The notes under the pieces were generated by a model. It was not told the DNA's origin. It ran no database searches and saw only the letters and a program-made list of their open reading frames with translations. Positions 19,607 to 29,600 of a stretch of 64,000 bases of DNA are shown here, one piece after another (within the stretch, counting starts at the first letter, position 1; each line of letters starts with the position of its first letter). Source of the stretch: a virus (taxonomy: Duplodnaviria; Caudoviricetes); the IMG/VR virus record IMGVR_UViG_3300033388_005412, positions 64,001 through 128,000 of that record; one strand, written 5' to 3'. The translations under genes were made by a program, and so were the position numbers.

Positions 19607-22600
19607 TTTCATCTCCTGTCGCGGCGCTAATTGTGTCCACAAAATCAAATATTGAATAAATTTTGTCCATAATATGAACTTTAAAACTATCCTTATACAT
19701 ACCTTCCAGGCCGGCGACATACGGCTGGCCCTTATATGTTAAACCGATGACATCTATACAATCTCTGCCCAGAAATTTTCCAATTGTCCAGCTCATAATG
19801 CTGTTTCCCAATAAAAAAGCCGGAATCACAACAGCCGCTGATATGCCTGTAACCCACGGTAACGCTGTCATTGCTGTGGTATACGCCCCGGATGCCGCTA
19901 TTGCCGAATATACGCCTGATGTTGCAGTGACCGCCACCCCAGCTGCTGTTGGTCCAACACCGGCAGCCAGTGCCCCCGATGCCGCTAATCCACCAGACAC
20001 AACTTCAGCCGCAACACCAGTTCCGACCACCCCAGTAACCGCAATCCCAGTTCCAGCCGCGGCCGTTCCCAACCCCATTGCCCCGACTGCTGCTTTCATA
20101 ATTCCTTTTCCCAATCCCATTGCGCTTCCAAAAAAAGGAACACCAAATCCATTCATAGCAGCAATTTCATATTTTATCACAGGATCCTGCGGATAAACAA
20201 TTGCATTCGGTGTAATAGTCGTTAAAAAACCTTTTTGATCAATTCTTTGAACAACCTGTTCAATTTCAATCGGACCATACATCCCATTATAAAGATCTCT
20301 GATAAAAATAATGTCCCAGACTTTCAACTGGGGCATCCCTAATAATGTTAATGACCCTCTATACATCGGCCGCATCATATTCGCCAGAACATTATATCCT
20401 ATTCTGTAAACAGTTGGAATTCGCCCACCCCAAACAGTTTGAACATTTCTTATAAAATCATTAAACCATTCAAACACCCCGAATGATGATGGGTCTATAT
20501 TATTCTGATATGAAATATAACTCTTCAGGTTACTGGTTTTAATATTATCATCAGCGAAAAATTCATGTGTTCGCCATGCACCGGTATTCGGGTTATCTTT
20601 TGGTTCCTCTGGATATCTTATTTTAACATGATTTGAAATTTCTTCAGAACTAGCTCTGATACTATTATCAACTATGTGTCTCAAACTATCAACATAATAA
20701 TAATTACGAATAGGCATATAGCCCCTTTCAATATTACCTTCTGAGTCTTTCAAATCATCAGGATTTTTAATACTCAGTGCGATGCCAGTTGCTTTACTAG
20801 TTTTATCCTCTTTTGTTTGACGAATTAAATTTTTATTTTCTATTGCATCCAATTGAAATTTGAATTTTAATATTTCTGATTTCGTGTATCCAACATTTTT
20901 ATCCTGTCTGATTTTAATCTTATCAACTGAAAATTTTTTAGTAAATAAATCGCCGGCAACGTCGCTCTTAAAAACATACTCCTGAATATCTGTGATAAAT
21001 TCCATCACTTTCTTTCTATCATTGGCTTTCATAACAATACTTAAACTATGTTCGGGATTTTTTTCAATATATTTATCCAATAATTTAAATATCTCATCAT
21101 ATGTTTGAGTTCTAACAATAGAACTAACAACATCCGCAACACCCCGGGTAATGAAACTTTTAATTCCGGCTTTTACCACACTGATAACACTGGATGACGG
21201 CCGGAATCCCTCTCTGTTTTTTTCACTATATTTACTACTAGGTTCTTTAAAAAAATCAGTCAATCGTTTCAAAAGTTCAGCACGATCCTTTCCTTTCTTA
21301 ACTATTTTTTCCATTTTTTCCCGCGTATCATACGCATCCGTATATTTATAATAACCGTTTCTAGGACCTAAATAAATTGTCTGTCTTGTTAAACCGGGAA
21401 CATTACTATTATATGGCAACACAGCCGCAATGTAATCTTCGTGATACAATGTTATCTCATTCAAAATTTCCCACAACGACTGATTACTTATTCTCCAGTC
21501 AAATGTATTATCTTTATATCGATTTCCTATATCTTTCGATGTCCAACCAAATAAAAATGTTAACCACCCCCCGAAAATATGATCCGTAAATGGTAAATAG
21601 ATATTTTCCAATCTAGGATCATAAGTTCCGAATTTATAATATATATCAACAATCGGATTTATTTTACTTCTGAAAAGATCAAAAAAACGATCTTTCGGAC
21701 TCGTGTAATATGATGTTGGTTCAATTTCAAGCCCGAATCTGGCCAGCATATTCGGACTGCCCATATGGCTTAAGCCTGTTATTGATTTCATAGCATAAAT
21801 AACAACATCACCATGTGTCTGCCCGGCACTGCAAAAACCAACATGATAATTGCCACCATCAAAACACTTCTCGTGTAATTCGGCCCCGAAACTCTGAGCA
21901 ACTATTGAAACTCTGTCACCTTGCTGAACCGACACGACCTTTCCAATAAAAAGTGTATCTAAATTCATTGGATTATTGTCGTATCCGGCCTTTATCATTA
22001 TCGTTGTGCCCTCACGTAATAGAAAACGTAAAACGGTCTGCTCCTGCAGCGTCTGTTCTTTCCTTATATTCTCACCCTGATTTGAATTTTTATCACTTAA
22101 ATTTCCAGTTATGTTACTGACACTTATTGTAGCAACATCCCCAGGTGTGTTTTTATTTGATATAACTTCAATACTTTCTATCGCGTTATATGTGTAATAA
22201 TCATCAATCATACCCCATTCTTTGTTGTCTTCTTCGATAAAATACAATTTTACAGTTGGATATGCACGACTCATATGAAGCGTTTTATCTTTTGCTCTAA
22301 ATCCGTTCGTATAACTAATACATTTATTTAAAAGATCTTCCTCCTCTGTTACCCCAAACTCAGATAACACATTCCATGACTGTAAAAAACTATTATCCAG
22401 CTGATTAATTGTGCTGATTTCATCTATCATGCGGTCTATTTGCCTTTTCTTTGAGTCAAGTGACTCAGCGCCTTCATCGGTTCCCAAGTCAGTTGTTATT
22501 TCACCTTCAAATTCTTGAATTAGTTTATAATATGCCCCGATTTTCAAACAATAATTTATCGATGCTACGTTTTTCAATAAATACTGCGATGTGTTGCACT

Positions 22601-25600
22601 CACCATACCTTCCCTTAACTTCATCGTCTGAAGAATTTAAAAAATTAACATATTTCTTCATCTCATTTTCATCATAATCTTTATTTATTTCAACAATTTT
22701 ATCCATAACTTCTTTTCTGGATTTGCCGCCTTTGCCCCATTTTTTACGCCAGTCTCCGCACAAAAGAGATTTTGATAATTTATCATTGTGTTTTTCAAGC
22801 ATAGATAATCCGGGGGCAAATTGCAATAACTCATCACGTTTATGCAAAAGCGCTATTTTAGTTTTAATGGTATCTCTCAATATTTGATAACTTGTATCAT
22901 TTTGAAATTCTTCTCTAATATAAAAAAAATCGGCCGGAGTTGATAGAAAACCGCTTTTGTGTTCAGGTAATTCCAAATCCTGATAATTACCATAATTGCC
23001 TTTCATATATAAAGGCAACTTAGGGATAAACTGTTCTTTTTTAAAACCGAATTTTGCTATTAATTCATCCTTAGCATATAAAATACATTTTATGGCCTGC
23101 TGCCTTAATAACAAATTAATAATACCGACGGCATATTTTTCAGGATCATGCCCTTTCGGCACCCCAATTGTTGGACTCCATACTGTTCCAGCTGCGAAAC
23201 CAATGCCGGCTCCTGCTAAACCACCAATAAATGTTCCCCACCCTGGAACAATTGATCCAACTCCAGCACCAAATACCATTCCACCTATAGCAAGCGGCAA
23301 ACCCGTATAAAATTTTAATTTTAATGCGAATCGTTCTTTTCTTTCTTTTTTCCAATTGTTATATAAGAATAAATATTTAATAGCATCAAAAATTTCAATT
23401 ATTTTTAATCCACCTTTATATCTTTTTAAAAATTCTCCACGGAAAAAACCCTTTTCATAATTAAACGGTAACCTAACATCGCCGCCTAAAATTAATGCTG
23501 ATACAACTTTTTCATATAATGGAAAATACTTTTTTAATTCAAAAGCATCACTGAAATTTAAATCATAATTATTTATTTGTTCAGTCGCCCAGTCCATTGT
23601 CATGTGACCATATGGCACATCAATTTCGGAACCATATCCAACAAAAAAGAATAATCTCAAAATCATAGCTCGCATATTCTGCATAGCTCTACCGTATATG
23701 TAACTGTCTTTCTCATTATCTTCCGGTAATCTATATTCAGTTATAAGTTTTTTCTTAACATCTTCGATTAAATTATCATCAAAGAAATTCGACGGCACAA
23801 GTCTTTCATATTCCGTCATGTCAATATCAGACTGAACCAGTCGTAACGTCAGATTCCACCACCCTGGTTTGCCTTTAATTGTCTCACATACAAAATCCTT
23901 AAATAATACACGAGTTATGCCCAATACTTTAAAAAGCCCGTTATAATTCAAATCAGGCGGAACTTCTAAACTATTTGTCCTCGCGATAAGTTTTGAAATA
24001 CCAATTCTTTCTCTCAATGACCGGGAAACGCATGCTTTTTTAGATAAAGATTTCAGCACTCTCATCAAAGTTTCATTACATGTCTGCAAATTAACCTGAA
24101 CAACCCAGTCACCACGGCCCATGTACTGTTTTGTCGGCATTGTGTAGTTCAGCACCGGAATTTCGGCCATCCTTGTTTCCAATGACGCCGACATACCGGC
24201 TATAATAGTATCTTCATCCTCGGTGAATTCAAATTTATATCTATTGGTAAAACCATATTTAAGCTTTTTCTGTCGTGCAATCTGTTTATCCATTAAAACC
24301 ATAATTTTTTTTCCGGATGGTATCTTTTCAAATTCATTAACAAATTCCAAAAGTGTATACGGGCCATGATCTTTTTTTAAATCAGTCCCTGGTATATCTA
24401 TAGGAATTGAAATAGTTTTCTCGCCCTTATACGCCTCCGCGAATTTTTTAACACCCCACCCGTAATATGTTGAACCACTTCCATAGTAAAATAAACCAAT
24501 AGTTCGCCAAAATTCAGTCCATGCCCGCACAATAACATTTGTAACTTTAGTTGTCGTGCCGGGCCATTCCAGACTATTAACTAATTCAACAATTTTAAAT
24601 TGTATATCAGCATTTAATTTCAAAATATCATTTTGTAATGATTCGCGCTCCTCATCGCCGAACTCCGTTATATCATATCTGCATTTAAACCGTTTAAAAT
24701 CATTTGTCCCGACCTGACGCAGCCAATTATCCGGCGCAAGAAAATTAAAACCACTTTTAATCGTGGTATTTTCATTCTGTTTAGATAAAGAAGGAACATA
24801 ATTCATTTTGATATCAACATCATCGTCAATTACTGGAAGTCCGGTTAATAAAGGTTTAACATAATTTTCAAATGGTTTGCAATTTGATATATTTTTTGTA
24901 CGATTTATGTTCTGATTGCTGGCATACTGCATATCGTTCGCCGTTTCCGGATACTGTAAATTAGTTATCTGTGAATAATATTCAATCTGTTTCAACGCAT
25001 CTTCATTTGACACGCAAAACTCAAATCCCGATGAATACGGCGAATAATTAAAAACATCCAGCACCAAATTACATTGAAGTGACTCAGGAAACCCCGGAAC
25101 TGTCGACACAACTATTGATTGTAAAGCACATGCAAGCTGAACATCTTCATATATTCCAAGCTCTTTATATTCATCTATCATATCAGCAGCCACACCCGCT
25201 TTACTTATATTTGTTCTTTCCTTTTCTTTTTTGCTTTTGGCCTTTTTTAATAATTTTATATCATTTTCTAATTTTTGAATCTCGGTATTATATTCTTTAA
25301 ATTTCTCAGGATCTGCGGCAAACACATCAAGATTTGCTTTTTTTATCTTTAGTTCTTCTTCCTTCTCCGTTATTTCTTTTTGCTTTTCTTTTATATCAGC
25401 ATCAAAGTAATCAATAACCCCGGCATACGTGTCCATTACAACTTTCTGAAAATTTTCATCAGTTTTTTTAAAATATCCTGCGCCCTGATTCTTATCAACT
25501 TCCCTCTCATAAGACGGTGATCTGTATCTTCCGGGTGATTCCTCCAATTTTTTAGGTTTACTCCACGTTACATCAGGTATTAATAAACTTCTAATGTGCT

Positions 25601-26447
25601 GATTTTCAATCGGGAGAAACGGCGATCTTAAAAACTCAGCCAGTAATTTGCGAAAACTATTATCATAATCCTTCTCCACTTTGCCGTTAATATCCTGCAG
25701 CGATGGAAAAAATATAGTCAATTCTATACGATTATTCTGCTGGCCCGTCTTAATTTTCGGCGTGCCGGCCGTCCTAACCGTATTAATCGGCATGTTAACA
25801 TTCTGTTCCGTTATTGTTATCTGATCAGGTGGAACCGGGAGAATAACAGTTCCTATTTTACAGGCACCGGGAACTTGCAATTCCTCTTCAGCGCCTTTCA
25901 TTGCCTCTATTATTTTACCTGTTCTGGCAATTTGGGCTTTATAACTTTCTTTCTTTTCAGCGAAATCAGCCCGCCTGTTTTTATCAGCTAATTGTGTGAG
26001 ATATTCTTTATTACTAATTTGATCTGTTGACCTGACACTGTCAAACCCATTTCCTGATTTGATAAGTTCAGCATTCATGTTTTTACCATCAACATAAACA
26101 ACACCTAATTGACGATCATACATATCTTCAGAAATTATTGTTTGATCCTGACTTGGATCTTGCTGTAAAAACTCTATTTCTTTTCCAGCTAAATTATCTT
26201 TTGCCCATTGTGTTGCTTTTTCACCTTCTGGTGTGTCTTTTTCATATGCATCAACACCGATGGGCCGAACTACTACTGGATCAGCACCATCAAATGACAC
26301 CCAGTATGTATCACCATCAATAACACCTGTAGGACAGGGACGATCCGGATCTATACTAGGTACTATTTTACCTGTTTTTAAAGGAAAACATTTACTGATA
26401 TTTTTCTTATTTATCGCAGGATCGTATTTTAAATATTCTTCACTCAT
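19581..26447 (-). CDS. Giant central baseplate protein, 2288 aa: SNase domain, tube-fold-like domains, gp27/GpD-like hub, Gly-rich TM segments
   Basis: VIDGDT/RPIGVDAYE/DMYDRQLG; ILPVPPDQI; LREGTTIMIKAGY...LFIGKVVSV; LLGMPQLKVWDIIFI...IEQVVQRID..GFLTTITP. Confidence 0.75.
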   Translation of the reverse strand: MSEEYLKYDPAINKKNISKCFPLKTGKIVPSIDPDRPCPTGVIDGDTYWVSFDGADPVVVRPIGVDAYEKDTPEGEKATQWAKDNLAGKEIEFLQQDPSQDQTIISEDMYDRQLGVVYVDGKNMNAELIKSGNGFDSVRSTDQISNKEYLTQLADKNRRADFAEKKESYKAQIARTGKIIEAMKGAEEELQVPGACKIGTVILPVPPDQITITEQNVNMPINTVRTAGTPKIKTGQQNNRIELTIFFPSLQDINGKVEKDYDNSFRKLLAEFLRSPFLPIENQHIRSLLIPDVTWSKPKKLEESPGRYRSPSYEREVDKNQGAGYFKKTDENFQKVVMDTYAGVIDYFDADIKEKQKEITEKEEELKIKKANLDVFAADPEKFKEYNTEIQKLENDIKLLKKAKSKKEKERTNISKAGVAADMIDEYKELGIYEDVQLACALQSIVVSTVPGFPESLQCNLVLDVFNYSPYSSGFEFCVSNEDALKQIEYYSQITNLQYPETANDMQYASNQNINRTKNISNCKPFENYVKPLLTGLPVIDDDVDIKMNYVPSLSKQNENTTIKSGFNFLAPDNWLRQVGTNDFKRFKCRYDITEFGDEERESLQNDILKLNADIQFKIVELVNSLEWPGTTTKVTNVIVRAWTEFWRTIGLFYYGSGSTYYGWGVKKFAEAYKGEKTISIPIDIPGTDLKKDHGPYTLLEFVNEFEKIPSGKKIMVLMDKQIARQKKLKYGFTNRYKFEFTEDEDTIIAGMSASLETRMAEIPVLNYTMPTKQYMGRGDWVVQVNLQTCNETLMRVLKSLSKKACVSRSLRERIGISKLIARTNSLEVPPDLNYNGLFKVLGITRVLFKDFVCETIKGKPGWWNLTLRLVQSDIDMTEYERLVPSNFFDDNLIEDVKKKLITEYRLPEDNEKDSYIYGRAMQNMRAMILRLFFFVGYGSEIDVPYGHMTMDWATEQINNYDLNFSDAFELKKYFPLYEKVVSALILGGDVRLPFNYEKGFFRGEFLKRYKGGLKIIEIFDAIKYLFLYNNWKKERKERFALKLKFYTGLPLAIGGMVFGAGVGSIVPGWGTFIGGLAGAGIGFAAGTVWSPTIGVPKGHDPEKYAVGIINLLLRQQAIKCILYAKDELIAKFGFKKEQFIPKLPLYMKGNYGNYQDLELPEHKSGFLSTPADFFYIREEFQNDTSYQILRDTIKTKIALLHKRDELLQFAPGLSMLEKHNDKLSKSLLCGDWRKKWGKGGKSRKEVMDKIVEINKDYDENEMKKYVNFLNSSDDEVKGRYGECNTSQYLLKNVASINYCLKIGAYYKLIQEFEGEITTDLGTDEGAESLDSKKRQIDRMIDEISTINQLDNSFLQSWNVLSEFGVTEEEDLLNKCISYTNGFRAKDKTLHMSRAYPTVKLYFIEEDNKEWGMIDDYYTYNAIESIEVISNKNTPGDVATISVSNITGNLSDKNSNQGENIRKEQTLQEQTVLRFLLREGTTIMIKAGYDNNPMNLDTLFIGKVVSVQQGDRVSIVAQSFGAELHEKCFDGGNYHVGFCSAGQTHGDVVIYAMKSITGLSHMGSPNMLARFGLEIEPTSYYTSPKDRFFDLFRSKINPIVDIYYKFGTYDPRLENIYLPFTDHIFGGWLTFLFGWTSKDIGNRYKDNTFDWRISNQSLWEILNEITLYHEDYIAAVLPYNSNVPGLTRQTIYLGPRNGYYKYTDAYDTREKMEKIVKKGKDRAELLKRLTDFFKEPSSKYSEKNREGFRPSSSVISVVKAGIKSFITRGVADVVSSIVRTQTYDEIFKLLDKYIEKNPEHSLSIVMKANDRKKVMEFITDIQEYVFKSDVAGDLFTKKFSVDKIKIRQDKNVGYTKSEILKFKFQLDAIENKNLIRQTKEDKTSKATGIALSIKNPDDLKDSEGNIERGYMPIRNYYYVDSLRHIVDNSIRASSEEISNHVKIRYPEEPKDNPNTGAWRTHEFFADDNIKTSNLKSYISYQNNIDPSSFGVFEWFNDFIRNVQTVWGGRIPTVYRIGYNVLANMMRPMYRGSLTLLGMPQLKVWDIIFIRDLYNGMYGPIEIEQVVQRIDQKGFLTTITPNAIVYPQDPVIKYEIAAMNGFGVPFFGSAMGLGKGIMKAAVGAMGLGTAAAGTGIAVTGVVGTGVAAEVVSGGLAASGALAAGVGPTAAGVAVTATSGVYSAIAASGAYTTAMTALPWVTGISAAVVIPAFLLGNSIMSWTIGKFLGRDCIDVIGLTYKGQPYVAGLEGMYKDSFKVHIMDKIYSIFDFVDTISAATGDENDKADHTF

Positions 26448-26632
26448 TTCTGTAGTAATTTCCTCTGGCGATGATCCATTTCTTTCTGATTATTTTTATT
26501 AGTTTTACGGCGATCCATAACAGATACAGTGCATCTATCCCCAGTCGCCGATTCAACTAACTGAGCAATCATGTTAGCTAAATTATTCGCGTCTTTGTCA
26601 GACTGTATTCTCACCTCAACATTATATGCCAT
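26444..26632 (-). CDS. Hypothetical protein, 62 aa
   Basis: GAGGA RBS behind a promoter motif; ATGA overlap with the hub gene. Confidence 0.6.
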   Translation of the reverse strand: MAYNVEVRIQSDKDANNLANMIAQLVESATGDRCTVSVMDRRKTNKNNQKEMDHRQRKLLQK

Positions 26633-26638
26633 ATTCCT

Positions 26639-26674
26639 CTATATATACTATTATATTTAACACACATTTATCAT
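26639..26674 (-). promoter_or_regulatory. Putative late promoter, copy 4
   Basis: ATGATA-N18-TAGTATATATAG. Confidence 0.6.
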
Positions 26675-29600
26675 TTTCCGTATTTTTGCAATTTCTCCCG
26701 GACACTCACACTGTCGATATTATATGACGTAGTCGAGAAATTATTTCGTGTATACGCTTTCTGCCTGATTTCATTTTTAAAAACAGGCATCCTCGGTAAA
26801 CTTAAATATTTCTTTTTCTGTATATTTTCAAAACTTTTATTATTAAATAATTCTATATAAGCCTTAGGCAAATCACTTGGATTTCCTAAAGGAGTCTGCA
26901 TTAATTGAGCCCAATCCAATTCCGGTTTTGTAAAAGCATAATCCCACTTCTCACCGCCGTTGCCGGGCATGTGTCCCAATGACCCCATCTGATTAGGCCT
27001 GAACAAATTCAACGCAGCATATCCTAAAGCAACCATGCCGCCGATTCTACTTAAATTACCGGCATTTTTCCATGCGGTTTGCCCAAGTTTATTAACAAAA
27101 TCCTTTTTCATACATTGCAACATTGTTATATCCGAACCCTGTGTTTGAAAATTCAAACCATCCAATAAAAAAGGTTTAACGTGTTCACTGGCAGCTGTTG
27201 CTCCGGGATTTGTAATATTATGTATAATGGCCTTACCAATAGTTGAATTGCCCGATATAAAACTTTGTGTTACCCTATTACCACGACTCCAATAATCAGG
27301 TTGATCCATTTCCGCCGCAACCATCCATTCCCGAGTCCTTACTTTAGCATTTGGACCTAAATGTTTCCGCACAAATGCGGCCGACGACTTACCCGGCAAT
27401 TCAGCATTCCAAAATTCCCCAACTTTAACATCCAATTTCGCCGTATCGTCCATAAACCTCACATTCTTCGGCTCACTAAGATTATACAACGCATTTGAAA
27501 CCTCATCTGAAAGTGTCATAGTTTTACCTTTAACTTTCAAACCCCATTCTATCATCGGAGTTATTTTCCCCAAAAAATCATGTGCTTCGGTTGGTCTCCA
27601 CTTCTGGTCACCCATCAAAGCAATCGCTCTATTAACCAACGGTGTTATTTTAGGCGGCCACGATTTTGGAAATGTTGCCATTTTTTCCATAACCTTTTCC
27701 CATTCACCAGGACTTGATTTCATAAACGCAAATTCATTTCTGATATTTTTCTTTATAATTTCCTTTGCAATTTTCAATGGCTTTAACACACTTGCATGTA
27801 ATTTAGGATCATATGTCGCATATTTTGTGACATCGCCACGTGTAACTGGCTCCAATGCCATCGTAGATGCTTTACTATAAACACCCCTTCTAGTAAAAGC
27901 AGCCTGTGAAAACTCTTTCATACCCTTTGGAGTAATCGCCAAAAAAGCCTCATCACCATCGGAATCACCCCCTAATAATTTTCCGATAACGGATGATATA
28001 CGCATCATATCACCCTTTATAGTACTTCTTGCCCACGCCATGACAGGCGGCATTGACTCACCGCCCGTTGTTGGAAATCTTATTGCAACACCAGGCGCCG
28101 GTATCAATTCCTTTGAAAAGGCATCAGACCATAACTTCCTTATTTGTCCGCCTTTAATACTATTCAAATTGGTTTCCTGAGTTGCTTTAAATAAACCATC
28201 AACGGTCATATCCTTTTCACCTAATTTACCAACTACTTTATTAGCAACCTGCTTCCAATATGGGTGAGCCGCACCAACATGATTTTTATTTCCAGAAATC
28301 CACCCGCCATAATTTTTTAAATATTTCATAACAGAATCCATCTCAGACGATCCCATACTGGTTATCTGCTGCTTAATCATCTTAGCATTATTGTTAACCC
28401 AGTCTTTTGAAACCTGCACTTCAAAGTCCAAAACAGATTTCTTAGTATAATTTCCCAATATACCTTCCGCCCCTGTTATATATGGATCAGCAAACTGAAG
28501 TGTTCCAGTCGCGCCTGGTGCGGAAAATTTCATTCCAGGTGTTATTTTATATTCGCTCATAATATCAAGCATTTTTTGTAAAAAACCACCCGCACCAGGA
28601 GATCCGCTAAGTACCTTTTTCAATAAATTTGCCTGAGTTATCATTAATTGTGATGTTATACTGTGTTTTCCGTCAGTGGCATCAATCCATGGCTGCTCGT
28701 ATAACTGAACAACACTGTTCGACATGCCAAATCTTGTTCCTGGAACTTTAGCAAATGTCGCTTTCGGCGTTTTCACATATCCCAAACCAATTTTCTGAAA
28801 TAAATCGGCGATATCTCTCGGGACTGTTCTGCCCCTAATAATTTGTTCTGATATCAACTTACCCTTTGCTTTCAAATATGTTGGTAATTTCGAATATTCC
28901 GGACTATTTACATCATAAAGCGTTCCCTCAATCTCATGAAATGTTTGATCGGCTATTTTAGCCATTGAGCCCCATTCAGACGGATCACTATGCAAAAACT
29001 TTTTGGCCATTTTTTTAAACTCGTTACCCTCAACTCCTTTTAAAATACTATTAAATTTTTGTATTATATCAACACCGCCCGGTTCCACAACTCCCTGTGA
29101 TATCGCAAACTGCCTACGAAGCTGTCCCATTTTATAACTATTTTGCTCCTGTGCCATATTCAACAATCCTTCAAATAATTTAGAACTGCCAGGCTGATGC
29201 TTTAAAACATTTAAAAAAGAAATATTTAAAGGCACTGTTCCTCCGCCGCGGCCCATAAGCGATTCCAATTGACTAAACCCAAACTGCATATTTGACACTA
29301 GCACACCAGGTGTGAAATCGCCCGGCTGTTGTTTATTAACTAAAGGTCTAACAATTTCAAGAAAGGAAACATATTTCTTTGAAAAAATCTTATCGACAAC
29401 TGCTGAGTCATATGACTTGATTTCGCCAACCATTTTACGGGCTTCTTCGGCCCAGCCTGAAAACTCATCAGGTGACATTTCCCACGCTTTCTGATAAAAT
29501 TGCGAATACATGCTACCGGGTATTGATATTCGTCGTATCAATTCAGAAACAACCGCCCCTTTTTCAGCAGCATCCCATGTTCTATTCATAACAGCAGTCA

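Noticed and set aside
19607-19720. N-terminal extension of the 266-aa ORF call
   Set aside because: It lies inside the hub gene; the AGGAG RBS supports a start at 19606
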